From Candidatus Heimdallarchaeota archaeon (GTDB lineage Archaea; Asgardarchaeota; Heimdallarchaeia; Heimdallarchaeales; Kariarchaeaceae): a DNA stretch of 18,841 nucleotides. A model generated the notes under the pieces. The model was not told where the DNA came from. It made no database searches and worked only from the letters and a program-made list of their open reading frames with translations. Below, piece after piece: positions 7,862 to 17,238 of the stretch (the stretch's first letter is position 1; the number at the start of each line of letters is the position of its first letter). A program made the position numbers and the translations under genes. The stretch spans positions 1 through 18,841 of the forward strand of contig WAKA01000229.1 in assembly GCA_015523565.1 (NCBI GenBank). The letters run 5' to 3'.

Positions 7862-10715
7862 ATTTCTTAGATTTCTTCTTCCCACTTGATTGGGGCGGAG
7901 AACTCTTCTTCTTTCTTTTCAACAGTTTATTGAGTCTGGGCATTTTACCCTGTTTGTACCTTACCACCAACCCAAGAGCAACAAATGCCCCAATAATGGA
8001 GGCAAAAATGGGGAGGTTATTTGAAACAGCGGGTTCTTGAATGACACTTCCAAGTTTTTCCTTGATATTGACTGTAGTGGTGGTGGTTTTGGGAGGAAGA
8101 ACAGTTACCAATACGTCAAAAGACAATGATTGATGCAAGGGATCGTCAGCGACAACAATAATCTTATGTGAACCAATACTAAGATCCGTTATATTCACTT
8201 GAATTTCTTCATTGACTTTCCATGTTCCTGCAACTGTTGGGACTCCATCAATGGAAACAGTATAGTTACCACTATCCAATCCGTGTATCAAGAAATTAAA
8301 TGATTCAACATCACCCTTGTAGAATGTTATGTCCTCATCCCCATAGACAAGGAAGAGGTCTACAGGTTCAACAATTTGTATGAAAATTGTTTGGCGGTTT
8401 TCATTTCCCCCAATATCCCGTATTATTATTGTGAAATTCCATGTGCCGATTGTCGTTGTTGACAGAGAATAAATAATCGATTCATTGGCATTCCAATGTC
8501 CAAAATCAATTTCGGTGCCATTTCTTAGAATGGAATATGTATCAGGATTTTCATCTGAAGCTCGCCACTCTAATGAATAGTCCGCATCTTTTGCAACAAT
8601 TGTTGATTTTTCTGTTTGAATGAAGACGGGGGGTTTAGTTTCTTTTATCTCAATAATTACAATATCAGAAGTGTTGAAACCGGAAGCTTCCGTGAAAACG
8701 ATTTCAAGCAGATGAACACCCATAGAGATATTAGTAATAGTATAGGTTATTTCTTCCCCAGAAATCCAAGTACCGTTTTGAACCAAATCACCGTCTAGAT
8801 AGATTGCATATGAATCTGTACTGTTGACGGGGTTTGTGATTGCAGTCCATGTGATATTGACAGGTTGATTTTTAACATCTATAATTTGGTCGTTGGGGGC
8901 AATGAGAGAGATCAAATTTGATTCTAGACCGTTAACCGTATTGTTAATCAGAGTAAGTGTTGAAATTGCATCTTTTGTCATCCAAATGTCGGTGCTGTAC
9001 AGGATATTGTTAAATAATGTTGTGTTTTGTGAGTTCACAATTACAAAGCCATAACCTTTATCGTCAAGCACTACACTAGATAATTTTGAAGATGTGATAT
9101 CGTTTACTTCTTTAGAGTTTTTCGTGTTTTGGATATAATTTAACTGAGAATTGGAAACCATTGAATTGTTCGTTGCATCAATATAAACACCCACGGATTC
9201 AGCCAATTCGGATGTAATTGAAACAATTTGACTATTGTTTAGCAAGAAATCGGATGAATTAGATATTTTTATGGCATATACAGGTTGTGTGCTAGATATA
9301 ACTGATTGAATGAAAGAATTGTTCAATTTAATTCCTCGACTATTTTGGATTGAAAAACCAAGGGAAGGAAACGATGAAGAATATGAAGAAATTGTAAGTA
9401 AAGCAATCAAATTAAAATCCACATCTTCAACCTCATTTAAAGTAATTAGTTCCAGTTTGGCAGTTGCCACATTAGCATAAGATGTGATTGAATCAATGGT
9501 GGCATTGCTTACAGATGTTAGAGAAATAAAATTCAAGGAACTTGAGATTCCAAAAAAATAATTAAAGTTAGTTAACATAATTCCAGAAGAATTGGTGACC
9601 ACAACACCATTAAAAACACCCGTTGTTGCAAATATCGTATTCATGTCATCAATGTTAATATTAACTCCATTACTTATTAAGAAAAGATGTAATCCATATG
9701 GAAAAGGAATTAAATTTTCCAAATTGATAGTTTCGACTTTTATCGATGATGAGTTCAAAATTCTGAACAGATTAAAGTCAGTTTTTCCTGATGGGTCAAG
9801 GATATTTGTCAAAACACTATTTTTCTTTGCTTCAACACTTGTGATATTTAATTGGCTTGAATTTTGAATCAGGAATCCATCGAAACCTCCTTCGTAATAA
9901 TTTAGATTATTTAAAACAATGGAATCAAAGGTTAAAGTCGAGGTGTTGATTAATTCAAAGATCGAATATCCATTTGCGGTTATTCCATTCAATGAAAAAG
10001 ACTGCATATTGACATTTTCGGAACCAACAATGGACATACCTTCAAATTCGCCAGATACGGTAAATGAAGAGATGGTTTTTACATTCTGGATGTCAAGGTT
10101 TGTAACATTGGAAACAGAAAATACCCTAGTGGATATGAGACCCTCATTTTTGTTGAAATCAATATTGCTGACAGTAACATTGATTGAATCATACAGTTCA
10201 ATTGCTGTAAAGTTTTCCTCTGTTGAATAGCCTGTAAATGTTATGCCTTTTATTAGAACATTGGATGAACGAACAACCTGTATACCATAAGAGTGGGTTT
10301 GATTGCCAAGCGTTGAGGAGGACACAGTGACATTATCAGCACCAATGATCTTGATTCCAAGTAAGTCATCAACAAAATCCAATCCTGTAACAGTCACATT
10401 TGATGATGAAATAGTCATGAGAGTGGCATTTACAGATGTGATACCAATATTTTTCAATTGGTTTTTCACCTTCTTCAACTGGAAGTTATTTCCATCAACT
10501 AGGGAAATTTCAAGGACACCATCCGAAAGGTATCGATATGAATAGTCCGATGAATCTATTTGGAATGAGCCCTGTTTTGCAATTTTTTCTTCAGGGACTG
10601 GATTGATTTGCAAGACCATCTGATGATCTGCATTTTGTTGATTGGAATGGACAAATAAAGATCCACCAAAGCTTCCAAAAAGAAGCGTTATTATCAAGTA
10701 AATATGCCATTTCAT
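7848..10715 (-). CDS. Cell-surface protein: signal peptide, right-handed parallel beta-helix (pectin-lyase/NosD-like fold), three Ig-like repeats, Thr linker, C-terminal TM and Lys-rich tail
   Basis: Repeating [GA]-hydrophobic-x-I-x-N-S-x-N-V-x-I coils (~8930-10440). Three repeats with Y-x-[IV]-x-x-[DN]-G-x4-5-G-x-W (~8095-8905). PPKTTTTT linker, TM IFASIIGAFVALGLVV, many N-x-S/T sequons. ATGA overlap with the upstream gene and GGAGG 8 nt upstream. Confidence 0.85.
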   Translation of the reverse strand: MKWHIYLIITLLFGSFGGSLFVHSNQQNADHQMVLQINPVPEEKIAKQGSFQIDSSDYSYRYLSDGVLEISLVDGNNFQLKKVKNQLKNIGITSVNATLMTISSSNVTVTGLDFVDDLLGIKIIGADNVTVSSSTLGNQTHSYGIQVVRSSNVLIKGITFTGYSTEENFTAIELYDSINVTVSNIDFNKNEGLISTRVFSVSNVTNLDIQNVKTISSFTVSGEFEGMSIVGSENVNMQSFSLNGITANGYSIFELINTSTLTFDSIVLNNLNYYEGGFDGFLIQNSSQLNITSVEAKKNSVLTNILDPSGKTDFNLFRILNSSSIKVETINLENLIPFPYGLHLFLISNGVNINIDDMNTIFATTGVFNGVVVTNSSGIMLTNFNYFFGISSSLNFISLTSVSNATIDSITSYANVATAKLELITLNEVEDVDFNLIALLTISSYSSSFPSLGFSIQNSRGIKLNNSFIQSVISSTQPVYAIKISNSSDFLLNNSQIVSITSELAESVGVYIDATNNSMVSNSQLNYIQNTKNSKEVNDITSSKLSSVVLDDKGYGFVIVNSQNTTLFNNILYSTDIWMTKDAISTLTLINNTVNGLESNLISLIAPNDQIIDVKNQPVNITWTAITNPVNSTDSYAIYLDGDLVQNGTWISGEEITYTITNISMGVHLLEIVFTEASGFNTSDIVIIEIKETKPPVFIQTEKSTIVAKDADYSLEWRASDENPDTYSILRNGTEIDFGHWNANESIIYSLSTTTIGTWNFTIIIRDIGGNENRQTIFIQIVEPVDLFLVYGDEDITFYKGDVESFNFLIHGLDSGNYTVSIDGVPTVAGTWKVNEEIQVNITDLSIGSHKIIVVADDPLHQSLSFDVLVTVLPPKTTTTTVNIKEKLGSVIQEPAVSNNLPIFASIIGAFVALGLVVRYKQGKMPRLNKLLKRKKKSSPPQSSGKKKSKKSKKK

Positions 10716-13700
10716 TTCTTGTTCCTCCTTCTTCTTGTTTTCTTGGCAATTTTCTTAGGCACCCCTTTTTTGACCAATACCCAGAAAAGCACGCCTCCTG
10801 CCAATACGCCTCCTCCAATGAAATAATATTTAACAGGAAGCCCAAGAATATTGGTAGAGTTGACTGTAAACACTGAAATTAGCCGAAATTGGACATTTTT
10901 CATTTCTTGGTCTGAGGTTGGATACCTATAACTCTTGGCAAATGCATAAACCTCGACAATATAAGTGGTATCATTTTCAAAGGTTATTGTGTTGCTTTGC
11001 CAAGTCTCAACACCAAATTTGACATCGAATTTCTTGGAAAGTGTAATGTTTTCAGACCATGTATTATTGGCAAAGAAAGTACTGTTCAATAATGCATTGC
11101 TATTATTATAAATCTTGTATCTGAAATATGCGTGATCCAATGGGACAGAAGATTCAACTGTAACTTTCAGCTTGTTTTCTGAATAGATATGACCATGTTC
11201 AGGAGAGGTGATTTTTACAGGAGACCTTATCTGCTGAAATGCTCCCAAAAATTCATCTTCTGTGGTAAAGACCAATGGGTCAGTTCCCACAAACAGTTCA
11301 AGGGAATCAGAATAACCGTCGAAATCGGTATCTTCAGCATAAGGGAGTGTCCCGTACTTCAAGATCTCGTCAGAATCAATCAACCCGTCAAAATCAGAAT
11401 CAGGGTTCCGGTAATCCAAAAATCCGCCATGAGTATCAGAAATACTGTTGTAGGTATAAAACTCATCACCATCAGAAATTCCATCGCTGTCATAATCCCT
11501 TTCATATCCATCCTTAATGCCATTGTTATTGACGTCTGGATTGTAGGGGTTATAGAGACCGTTTCCGTCTTTTCCAAAAACTTCCAAGCCGTCTGGCCAA
11601 CCATCGCCATCGCTATCTGGATTTGTTGCAGATGTTGCATATTTTGGTTTGTTGATCTCATTAAGTCCAAGATCATTTGTGGAATTTGTGGCGGCAGTTA
11701 CTTCATCATTGTCATTGATTCCATCACCGTCAGTATCTGCCTTGATTGGGGATGTAAGATAGACAAACAATTCATTATAATCACTGAGTCCATCTCCATC
11801 AGAATCAGTTGAGTTGGGGTTCAATGAATTACTAATTTCGAAATTATCAAGAAGTCCGTCACCGTCAGTATCATCAGAAACAGGGGAGCTTCCATAGGGG
11901 AAATAGACATTGATTGAGATATATGGATAGATAAGGGAACGGCTGACATTTACCGACATTTCCTCTCCATCAAGATATCCGTCACCGTCAATATCTTTTT
12001 TCAAGGGGTCCAATGGGATATTCTTAAATCCAGGAATGTCTCCTTGTGCAATATAAACTTCCCATGAGTCCAGTATTCCATCCTTGTCAGTATCCTGTGA
12101 ATTAGGGTCTGTTCCAAATTCAATTTCCATCTTGTCGGTCCAAAGGAATGTAGGCATTCCATTTTCATCAGGATAAAGAATGGAGTCAAAGTCAGAGTCG
12201 ATGTTATTTGGATCAGTATAATAAACAAGGATTTCTGGACCGTCCTTGATGCCGTCCCCGTCACTGTCTGCGGATGTTGGATCAGTTTCATATTCGAATA
12301 TTTCTGCCTTGTCTGACAAATTATCATTGTCACTGTCTTCATCCACAGGATTTGTGTTATATACAAATATCTCATCAGAATCAGAGATGCCGTCTGCATC
12401 AGAATCAGCAGAATGTGGATTTGAATGTGAAATGAACAATTCCCATCCGTCAGTGACACCGTCGAAATCAGTGTCTGGTTGTTGTGGAGAAGTGTGATAG
12501 ATATAAACCTCATCCCCGTCAAGAACAAGATCACCGTCTGTATCTGGATTGTTTGGATCAGTTCCCAAGGTGAATTCCAGACCATCAGGCAAAGAATCAC
12601 CGTCAGTGTCAGGGGACAATGGGTTTGTTGTGGAATTCCTGTCAGGATTCAATGTCCCTTCCAATCCATCCAATAAGCCATCACCATCAGAGTCACCAAG
12701 CAATGGATTGGTTGCAGGATTTAGAGTCAATTCATATCCGTCTGAATTCAAGAATCTCCCAGGAATGGCTTGTCTATTGCTACCAACACCAGTGTCACCA
12801 TCACTATCAGGATTGGTTGGGTTTGTATAGAATGTCTTGGTGACAAGTTCACCCTCTTCAATTGTTTGAACAGTAATTCCACCCACTTCTACGCCGTCTG
12901 TCATGTCTCTTAGGAATATCCTAGTGTATTGATTTCCTGCAATTGAGCCATCATAATATTGGGCATAGCTGTCATCATCGGTATCATTATCCAATGGGCT
13001 GGTATATCCTCCATTGAAGAGCAACATTTGATCAGCACCATCAGGATAATTGTCTGGGTTTCCATAATAGCTTCCGAATTCACCTTCTTCACCATCAAGC
13101 AGCCCATCACCGTCTGTGTCAGGATTTAATGGATCAGTATGGTCGTTGTATTCTTGACCGCCAATAATGACACTTGTTACTGAAGGGGTAATTCCTTCAA
13201 TATTCCAAGCAGTGTTAATTTCATAGCTATCAGTCAATCCATCTGAATCTGTGTCTCTGGAAATTGGACTTGTACCATACTTAATTACCTCATCTGCATC
13301 ATTTATTCCATCCATGTCGGTGTCTGGTACCAATGGATTGGTGCTTGTCAAGAACCATTCAAAGAAATCGTTGAGTCCATCTCCATCAGTATCATTCTTG
13401 GAGGGGTCCGTATGAGAAACTCTTAATTCAAATTTATCATTCAGACCGTCTCCGTCAGTATCAGCAGAGTTTGGATTGAGGAGGGGATTACTTTCTTCAA
13501 GAGGGTCTGATAATCCGTCACCATCAGAATCGTAGCCGAATGCATTTTGTTTGAGTTCATTCTTGCTCTTTGGCAAGAGATCATATGGACTTCCTGGTGG
13601 TCTGAACTCAAATCTACCTGTCCAATCAAAAAACAGGAATTTAATAGTCACGGAAGCCCAGAAAAGAATATCAAGAGTTATTCGGAAACCTTGGCTTCCA

Positions 13701-16700
13701 GTTAAATCTTGTATAAACTTTAGAGTTATATCCACTCCTGCCTTTATTATCAAACCAATGATTTTCAAGTCAAAACCAATAGTGATTGACGCCCCTAATC
13801 CAATAATGAAAGTTAATGTGCTTTTTGTGGGATTTCCGTTGTGAGCCGCGATATAGATAATTTCCAGACCCAATTTAACGTAGATTGTAATTTTGATGGC
13901 ATCCAGTCCAATGTATTTTGCGGCTTTATTAAGGGCACCACCACCAGCCCCTCCTGTCACTATATCAAAAAGGGTAAAGTCCCTGGAAAGGGTAATTGCA
14001 ATTGAAAATCCCCATTCAAGCAGTTTGGCAAATCCAGATGTGTCAAATCCACCTTTTGTGAAAGAGAACAACTGCAATTTGAAAAATACCTTTCCTTCAA
14101 TTGAGAGATCTGCACCCAACAGTTCTAGTAGCTTTTGGAACAGTCCGCCTTTGCCAGAAGACATGGCGGAGAGTCCCAATGATGCTTCGAAAATTGGGGT
14201 AATAGAAAGAAATGAAAGGACTTTCTTGAAAAATTCCCCAATTCCCAAACTAAAATCAGAGGAACCTTTAAAGACAATATCAAGAAGCCATTGAACAAAT
14301 TCCTTTGATTTCCAATCCAAATTAGGTGAAATTTTGAGTGAATAGGTGAAATTCAACCCAATGAATGAAGCACCTTTCAGGGGGAGATTTCCTTCGATTT
14401 TTAGGATTGGCAGTTTGTTGATTTTTGCAGTGGCCGAACCGAGAAACTCACCGATCTTTTCCACAAAAAACTGAGTAATAGCTGCAAAGAGTTGCTGGAA
14501 AATGAAATCTATTGTATTTGTGAACATATCCTTCAATGAGAAGAAAACGTCTAAGGCAGTAGTCGCCATTGAAATTGTGCTTGAGGAAGAATTTTTGTCT
14601 TCCAAAGCCTGAGTTACAAGCAATTTAAGTTCTTCAGAAGACTTTGTAACTGTATTAAACGAAGATATCAGTTTTGAATTGAACACTTGGCTATAAATGG
14701 TGTTAACAATTTCAATGGCAAAAGAGATATCGATTCCAAGTGTTTTGCTGATGAAAACCTCTATTACCTGCATAAACAGTGTTTGAAGAATTGATTTCAC
14801 TGCCTGCCCATCACCAGAAACAATTGCCAAGAAGAGATTCAAAATAACATCAGAATAAGGTGCAAACTTGGCGAGGGTTGAGTTGTCCAATTTGTCAATG
14901 ACAAAAGATTGAACCATTGAAGTCATAGATTTTAATACCAATTCCGTGATGCGTTTCTTGGCTTCAGGAATCAATTTTCCGTTAACAAATTCTTCACTTT
15001 TTGCCAGTATCTTTTGGGCGGGACCACCCCCGACAGTCAATGCAATAACGCCGAATATTGATTGGACAAAGTTTCGGAAGTTATCCTTGAGGATATCAGA
15101 AACGGAATCTAATTGCATAAGTGAGATGTCCCCATTTTGAACATTCAATGCAGAAAGATCCAATGCAAGAACTTGATCCACAATGTTGAAGATATCATCT
15201 GAATTTGGTTCAGGGATGTCAGGGACTGTAATTGATCCAAACAACACTAAAGCGTCCAGAAGAATTTGTTGCATGGTGGCAGGTAATCCAAATCGTTGGA
15301 CAAGTGGTAAAAGCAAGTTTCCCAATTCATCGGCAGTTTGTATTTGTTGAACAGCAGCATCGTTGTATGCGTCAAGAATATCTTGTGCAGTTGTTTGAAT
15401 TGTATCTGCCAAGGGAGATGGATCAATTCCCAATGATTGTAACATTGGTGGCAAAAACTCTTTCATTAAATCGATAATAGTGTCTTTTTGTGAAAGAATA
15501 AGGTCTTTGACATCACCGCTTGCATCAGAATACAATTGATAAAAGTAAATGGCGAGATGAATGAAACGCGCCATTGCATTGATTGCAGCCAAAGTTTGAT
15601 CTGAAAATGTTACAGGAGATGATCCTTGCTTAACATTGTATTTGTTGACAACAAACTGTAAAGCAGAAGGAAGTGCATCAAAGAGAACTGAATAGTCCCG
15701 TTTAATGAAAGCAGTCAATATTGGCATCAAGATTTCACTTAGTGATTTAGCATCATTCACAATTTGTGAATCAGAATATTTGTCTCCAAACAGGTTAGAT
15801 AGAAATTGATAGGTTGTATAGTTGGTAAGCCTATTATACAAGACATCAAGGACAACCGAAGTGATTTCAAAAGAAGTTCCTTCACTTTCAGAGGAAGCTT
15901 TCTCTTTGTTGTATGCATCAAGAATAATATCTTTGTTGAGGAACAATGTTTGTGTCACTGATAGAATTGAATCCAATGTTGATGAATTGATTGCATCCCC
16001 TGCAAATCCAAACAGGGTTTTGACAGTGGAAATTCCAAAATCGATAGTATCTTCCACATTTCCCCTTAGTAAATAGAATGAGTCAACTAAGAGTGGGATC
16101 ATTTTCTTGAACTGATCAGGGATAGGGGCATAAGATAAGACAGTCTTGATAATGTCCTTCAATCCCTTTTTGTCATCATTTGAGTTCAAATCTGAAATTA
16201 ATGCATAGATATTCTTGATTGCATTTATGATTGTTTGACCTGATTCAGGAGAAAGACCAAGTTTTGGTCCATACACCGTAATCAGAATCTCAAGAAGAAT
16301 ATCAATAACCTTTGATGCAGGACCTTCTATGCCAGATGTCAAGGGAATGTCAGAAAATTCAAATGTGGTTGATGTTGTTTGTGCCAGTCCCAAATTGTTC
16401 AAGGAAAGTTCTGATTTGGATTGATTAGTTGTATCCTTGATAAACTGTACACTTGGTGTTTTTGAAGGTGGGACAATTCTTGCACTTTTGATGGATTCCA
16501 TTTTTTTGTTGAATTCCATCTCTTTTTTGGCAACATCCTCTTGACCCAAAGGCATTTTTGGTTTAATTTGATCATTTACAAGATTGTTCATATTTCGACT
16601 GAAATATTCCGCACCCAACACCCTGAAGTCCTTTCCTGCTTGTTGATATCTTTGATTGGGGACTCCAGACAAAATATCACCAATTTCCCAGATAGTATAG

Positions 16701-17224
16701 AAATAAGAAAGTTCAGCATCAATGACATCTGATCCTTCAATATGCACATATCCTGGAAGGTTGAAAGATTTGAGTCTGTCTGTGGAACCTGCACTCCAGA
16801 TATGGTGACCAGCATCGGATCGTTTCATAAGAAATGCTACATCGTCCCAAGAAACAACTTCGTCAAGTTTAATGCCTTTCAGCGTCCCTGGAATATAATA
16901 TGCCTTGATCCAATAGCCATCATTTCCAGCAATCTCATTCAGATCTTTCCATGATTCAATTTCCACCAACTCTGTTGATTTATAGATCATGGAGACGGAC
17001 TTATACACTTCTGCCGCAATTTTTACCATAGACGGATCTTTTGTGTATACAATTGCAATCTTGCGGGGAAGAGAATATCCAGGATATGAAGGGTCTTGAA
17101 ATTTCTTGGTAGGCATCTGCTTTGGTTTAACGACACCTATATTTGCAGATGCGTTCATCGCATTTGGGAATGGGTTCAATATTGCCAATAATAAAAGAAT
17201 TATGATGAGTCGTTTGAATTGCAT
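10712..17224 (-). CDS. Giant (~2170 aa) cell-surface protein with TSP3-like DxDxDG calcium-binding repeats, C-terminal Ig-like domain, TM and basic tail
   Basis: Uninterrupted ORF with signal peptide MQFKRLIIILLLLAIL, ~26 D-[ST]-D-x-D-G-x-x-D-x-x-E units, TM YYFIGGGVLAGGVLFWVLV and tail KKIAKKTRRRRNKK. Start is ATG 17224 (SD GGAGGT at 17236..17231) or ATG 17242 (ATGA overlap). Confidence 0.88.
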   Translation of the reverse strand: MQFKRLIIILLLLAILNPFPNAMNASANIGVVKPKQMPTKKFQDPSYPGYSLPRKIAIVYTKDPSMVKIAAEVYKSVSMIYKSTELVEIESWKDLNEIAGNDGYWIKAYYIPGTLKGIKLDEVVSWDDVAFLMKRSDAGHHIWSAGSTDRLKSFNLPGYVHIEGSDVIDAELSYFYTIWEIGDILSGVPNQRYQQAGKDFRVLGAEYFSRNMNNLVNDQIKPKMPLGQEDVAKKEMEFNKKMESIKSARIVPPSKTPSVQFIKDTTNQSKSELSLNNLGLAQTTSTTFEFSDIPLTSGIEGPASKVIDILLEILITVYGPKLGLSPESGQTIINAIKNIYALISDLNSNDDKKGLKDIIKTVLSYAPIPDQFKKMIPLLVDSFYLLRGNVEDTIDFGISTVKTLFGFAGDAINSSTLDSILSVTQTLFLNKDIILDAYNKEKASSESEGTSFEITSVVLDVLYNRLTNYTTYQFLSNLFGDKYSDSQIVNDAKSLSEILMPILTAFIKRDYSVLFDALPSALQFVVNKYNVKQGSSPVTFSDQTLAAINAMARFIHLAIYFYQLYSDASGDVKDLILSQKDTIIDLMKEFLPPMLQSLGIDPSPLADTIQTTAQDILDAYNDAAVQQIQTADELGNLLLPLVQRFGLPATMQQILLDALVLFGSITVPDIPEPNSDDIFNIVDQVLALDLSALNVQNGDISLMQLDSVSDILKDNFRNFVQSIFGVIALTVGGGPAQKILAKSEEFVNGKLIPEAKKRITELVLKSMTSMVQSFVIDKLDNSTLAKFAPYSDVILNLFLAIVSGDGQAVKSILQTLFMQVIEVFISKTLGIDISFAIEIVNTIYSQVFNSKLISSFNTVTKSSEELKLLVTQALEDKNSSSSTISMATTALDVFFSLKDMFTNTIDFIFQQLFAAITQFFVEKIGEFLGSATAKINKLPILKIEGNLPLKGASFIGLNFTYSLKISPNLDWKSKEFVQWLLDIVFKGSSDFSLGIGEFFKKVLSFLSITPIFEASLGLSAMSSGKGGLFQKLLELLGADLSIEGKVFFKLQLFSFTKGGFDTSGFAKLLEWGFSIAITLSRDFTLFDIVTGGAGGGALNKAAKYIGLDAIKITIYVKLGLEIIYIAAHNGNPTKSTLTFIIGLGASITIGFDLKIIGLIIKAGVDITLKFIQDLTGSQGFRITLDILFWASVTIKFLFFDWTGRFEFRPPGSPYDLLPKSKNELKQNAFGYDSDGDGLSDPLEESNPLLNPNSADTDGDGLNDKFELRVSHTDPSKNDTDGDGLNDFFEWFLTSTNPLVPDTDMDGINDADEVIKYGTSPISRDTDSDGLTDSYEINTAWNIEGITPSVTSVIIGGQEYNDHTDPLNPDTDGDGLLDGEEGEFGSYYGNPDNYPDGADQMLLFNGGYTSPLDNDTDDDSYAQYYDGSIAGNQYTRIFLRDMTDGVEVGGITVQTIEEGELVTKTFYTNPTNPDSDGDTGVGSNRQAIPGRFLNSDGYELTLNPATNPLLGDSDGDGLLDGLEGTLNPDRNSTTNPLSPDTDGDSLPDGLEFTLGTDPNNPDTDGDLVLDGDEVYIYHTSPQQPDTDFDGVTDGWELFISHSNPHSADSDADGISDSDEIFVYNTNPVDEDSDNDNLSDKAEIFEYETDPTSADSDGDGIKDGPEILVYYTDPNNIDSDFDSILYPDENGMPTFLWTDKMEIEFGTDPNSQDTDKDGILDSWEVYIAQGDIPGFKNIPLDPLKKDIDGDGYLDGEEMSVNVSRSLIYPYISINVYFPYGSSPVSDDTDGDGLLDNFEISNSLNPNSTDSDGDGLSDYNELFVYLTSPIKADTDGDGINDNDEVTAATNSTNDLGLNEINKPKYATSATNPDSDGDGWPDGLEVFGKDGNGLYNPYNPDVNNNGIKDGYERDYDSDGISDGDEFYTYNSISDTHGGFLDYRNPDSDFDGLIDSDEILKYGTLPYAEDTDFDGYSDSLELFVGTDPLVFTTEDEFLGAFQQIRSPVKITSPEHGHIYSENKLKVTVESSVPLDHAYFRYKIYNNSNALLNSTFFANNTWSENITLSKKFDVKFGVETWQSNTITFENDTTYIVEVYAFAKSYRYPTSDQEMKNVQFRLISVFTVNSTNILGLPVKYYFIGGGVLAGGVLFWVLVKKGVPKKIAKKTRRRRNKK
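11270..13533 (-). repeat. Protein-level repeat array: ~26 TSP3-like Ca-binding units, 22-23 aa core period with insertions
   Basis: Counted by eye from DSDGDGLSDPLE to DTDFDGYSDSLE; most units end in T-[DNS]-P. Diverged at the DNA level. Confidence 0.9.
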
Positions 17225-17238
17225 GAATTTACCTCCTT

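Noticed and set aside
10791-10819. Short direct repeat acgcctcct(g)ccaat x2
   Set aside because: It simply encodes GGVL-A-GGVL in the TM helix (a possible GxxxG motif) and is too short to be a separate element.
11189-11812. 207-aa + strand ORF antisense to the giant gene
   Set aside because: Shadow ORF: Ile/Val-rich mirror of the Asp-rich repeats, with no motif and no RBS or promoter.
12001-12600. 199-aa alternative-frame ORF on the minus strand
   Set aside because: Lies wholly inside the DxDxDG array; its Met/Thr/Ile periodicity is a frame-shifted reading of GAT/GAC codons.
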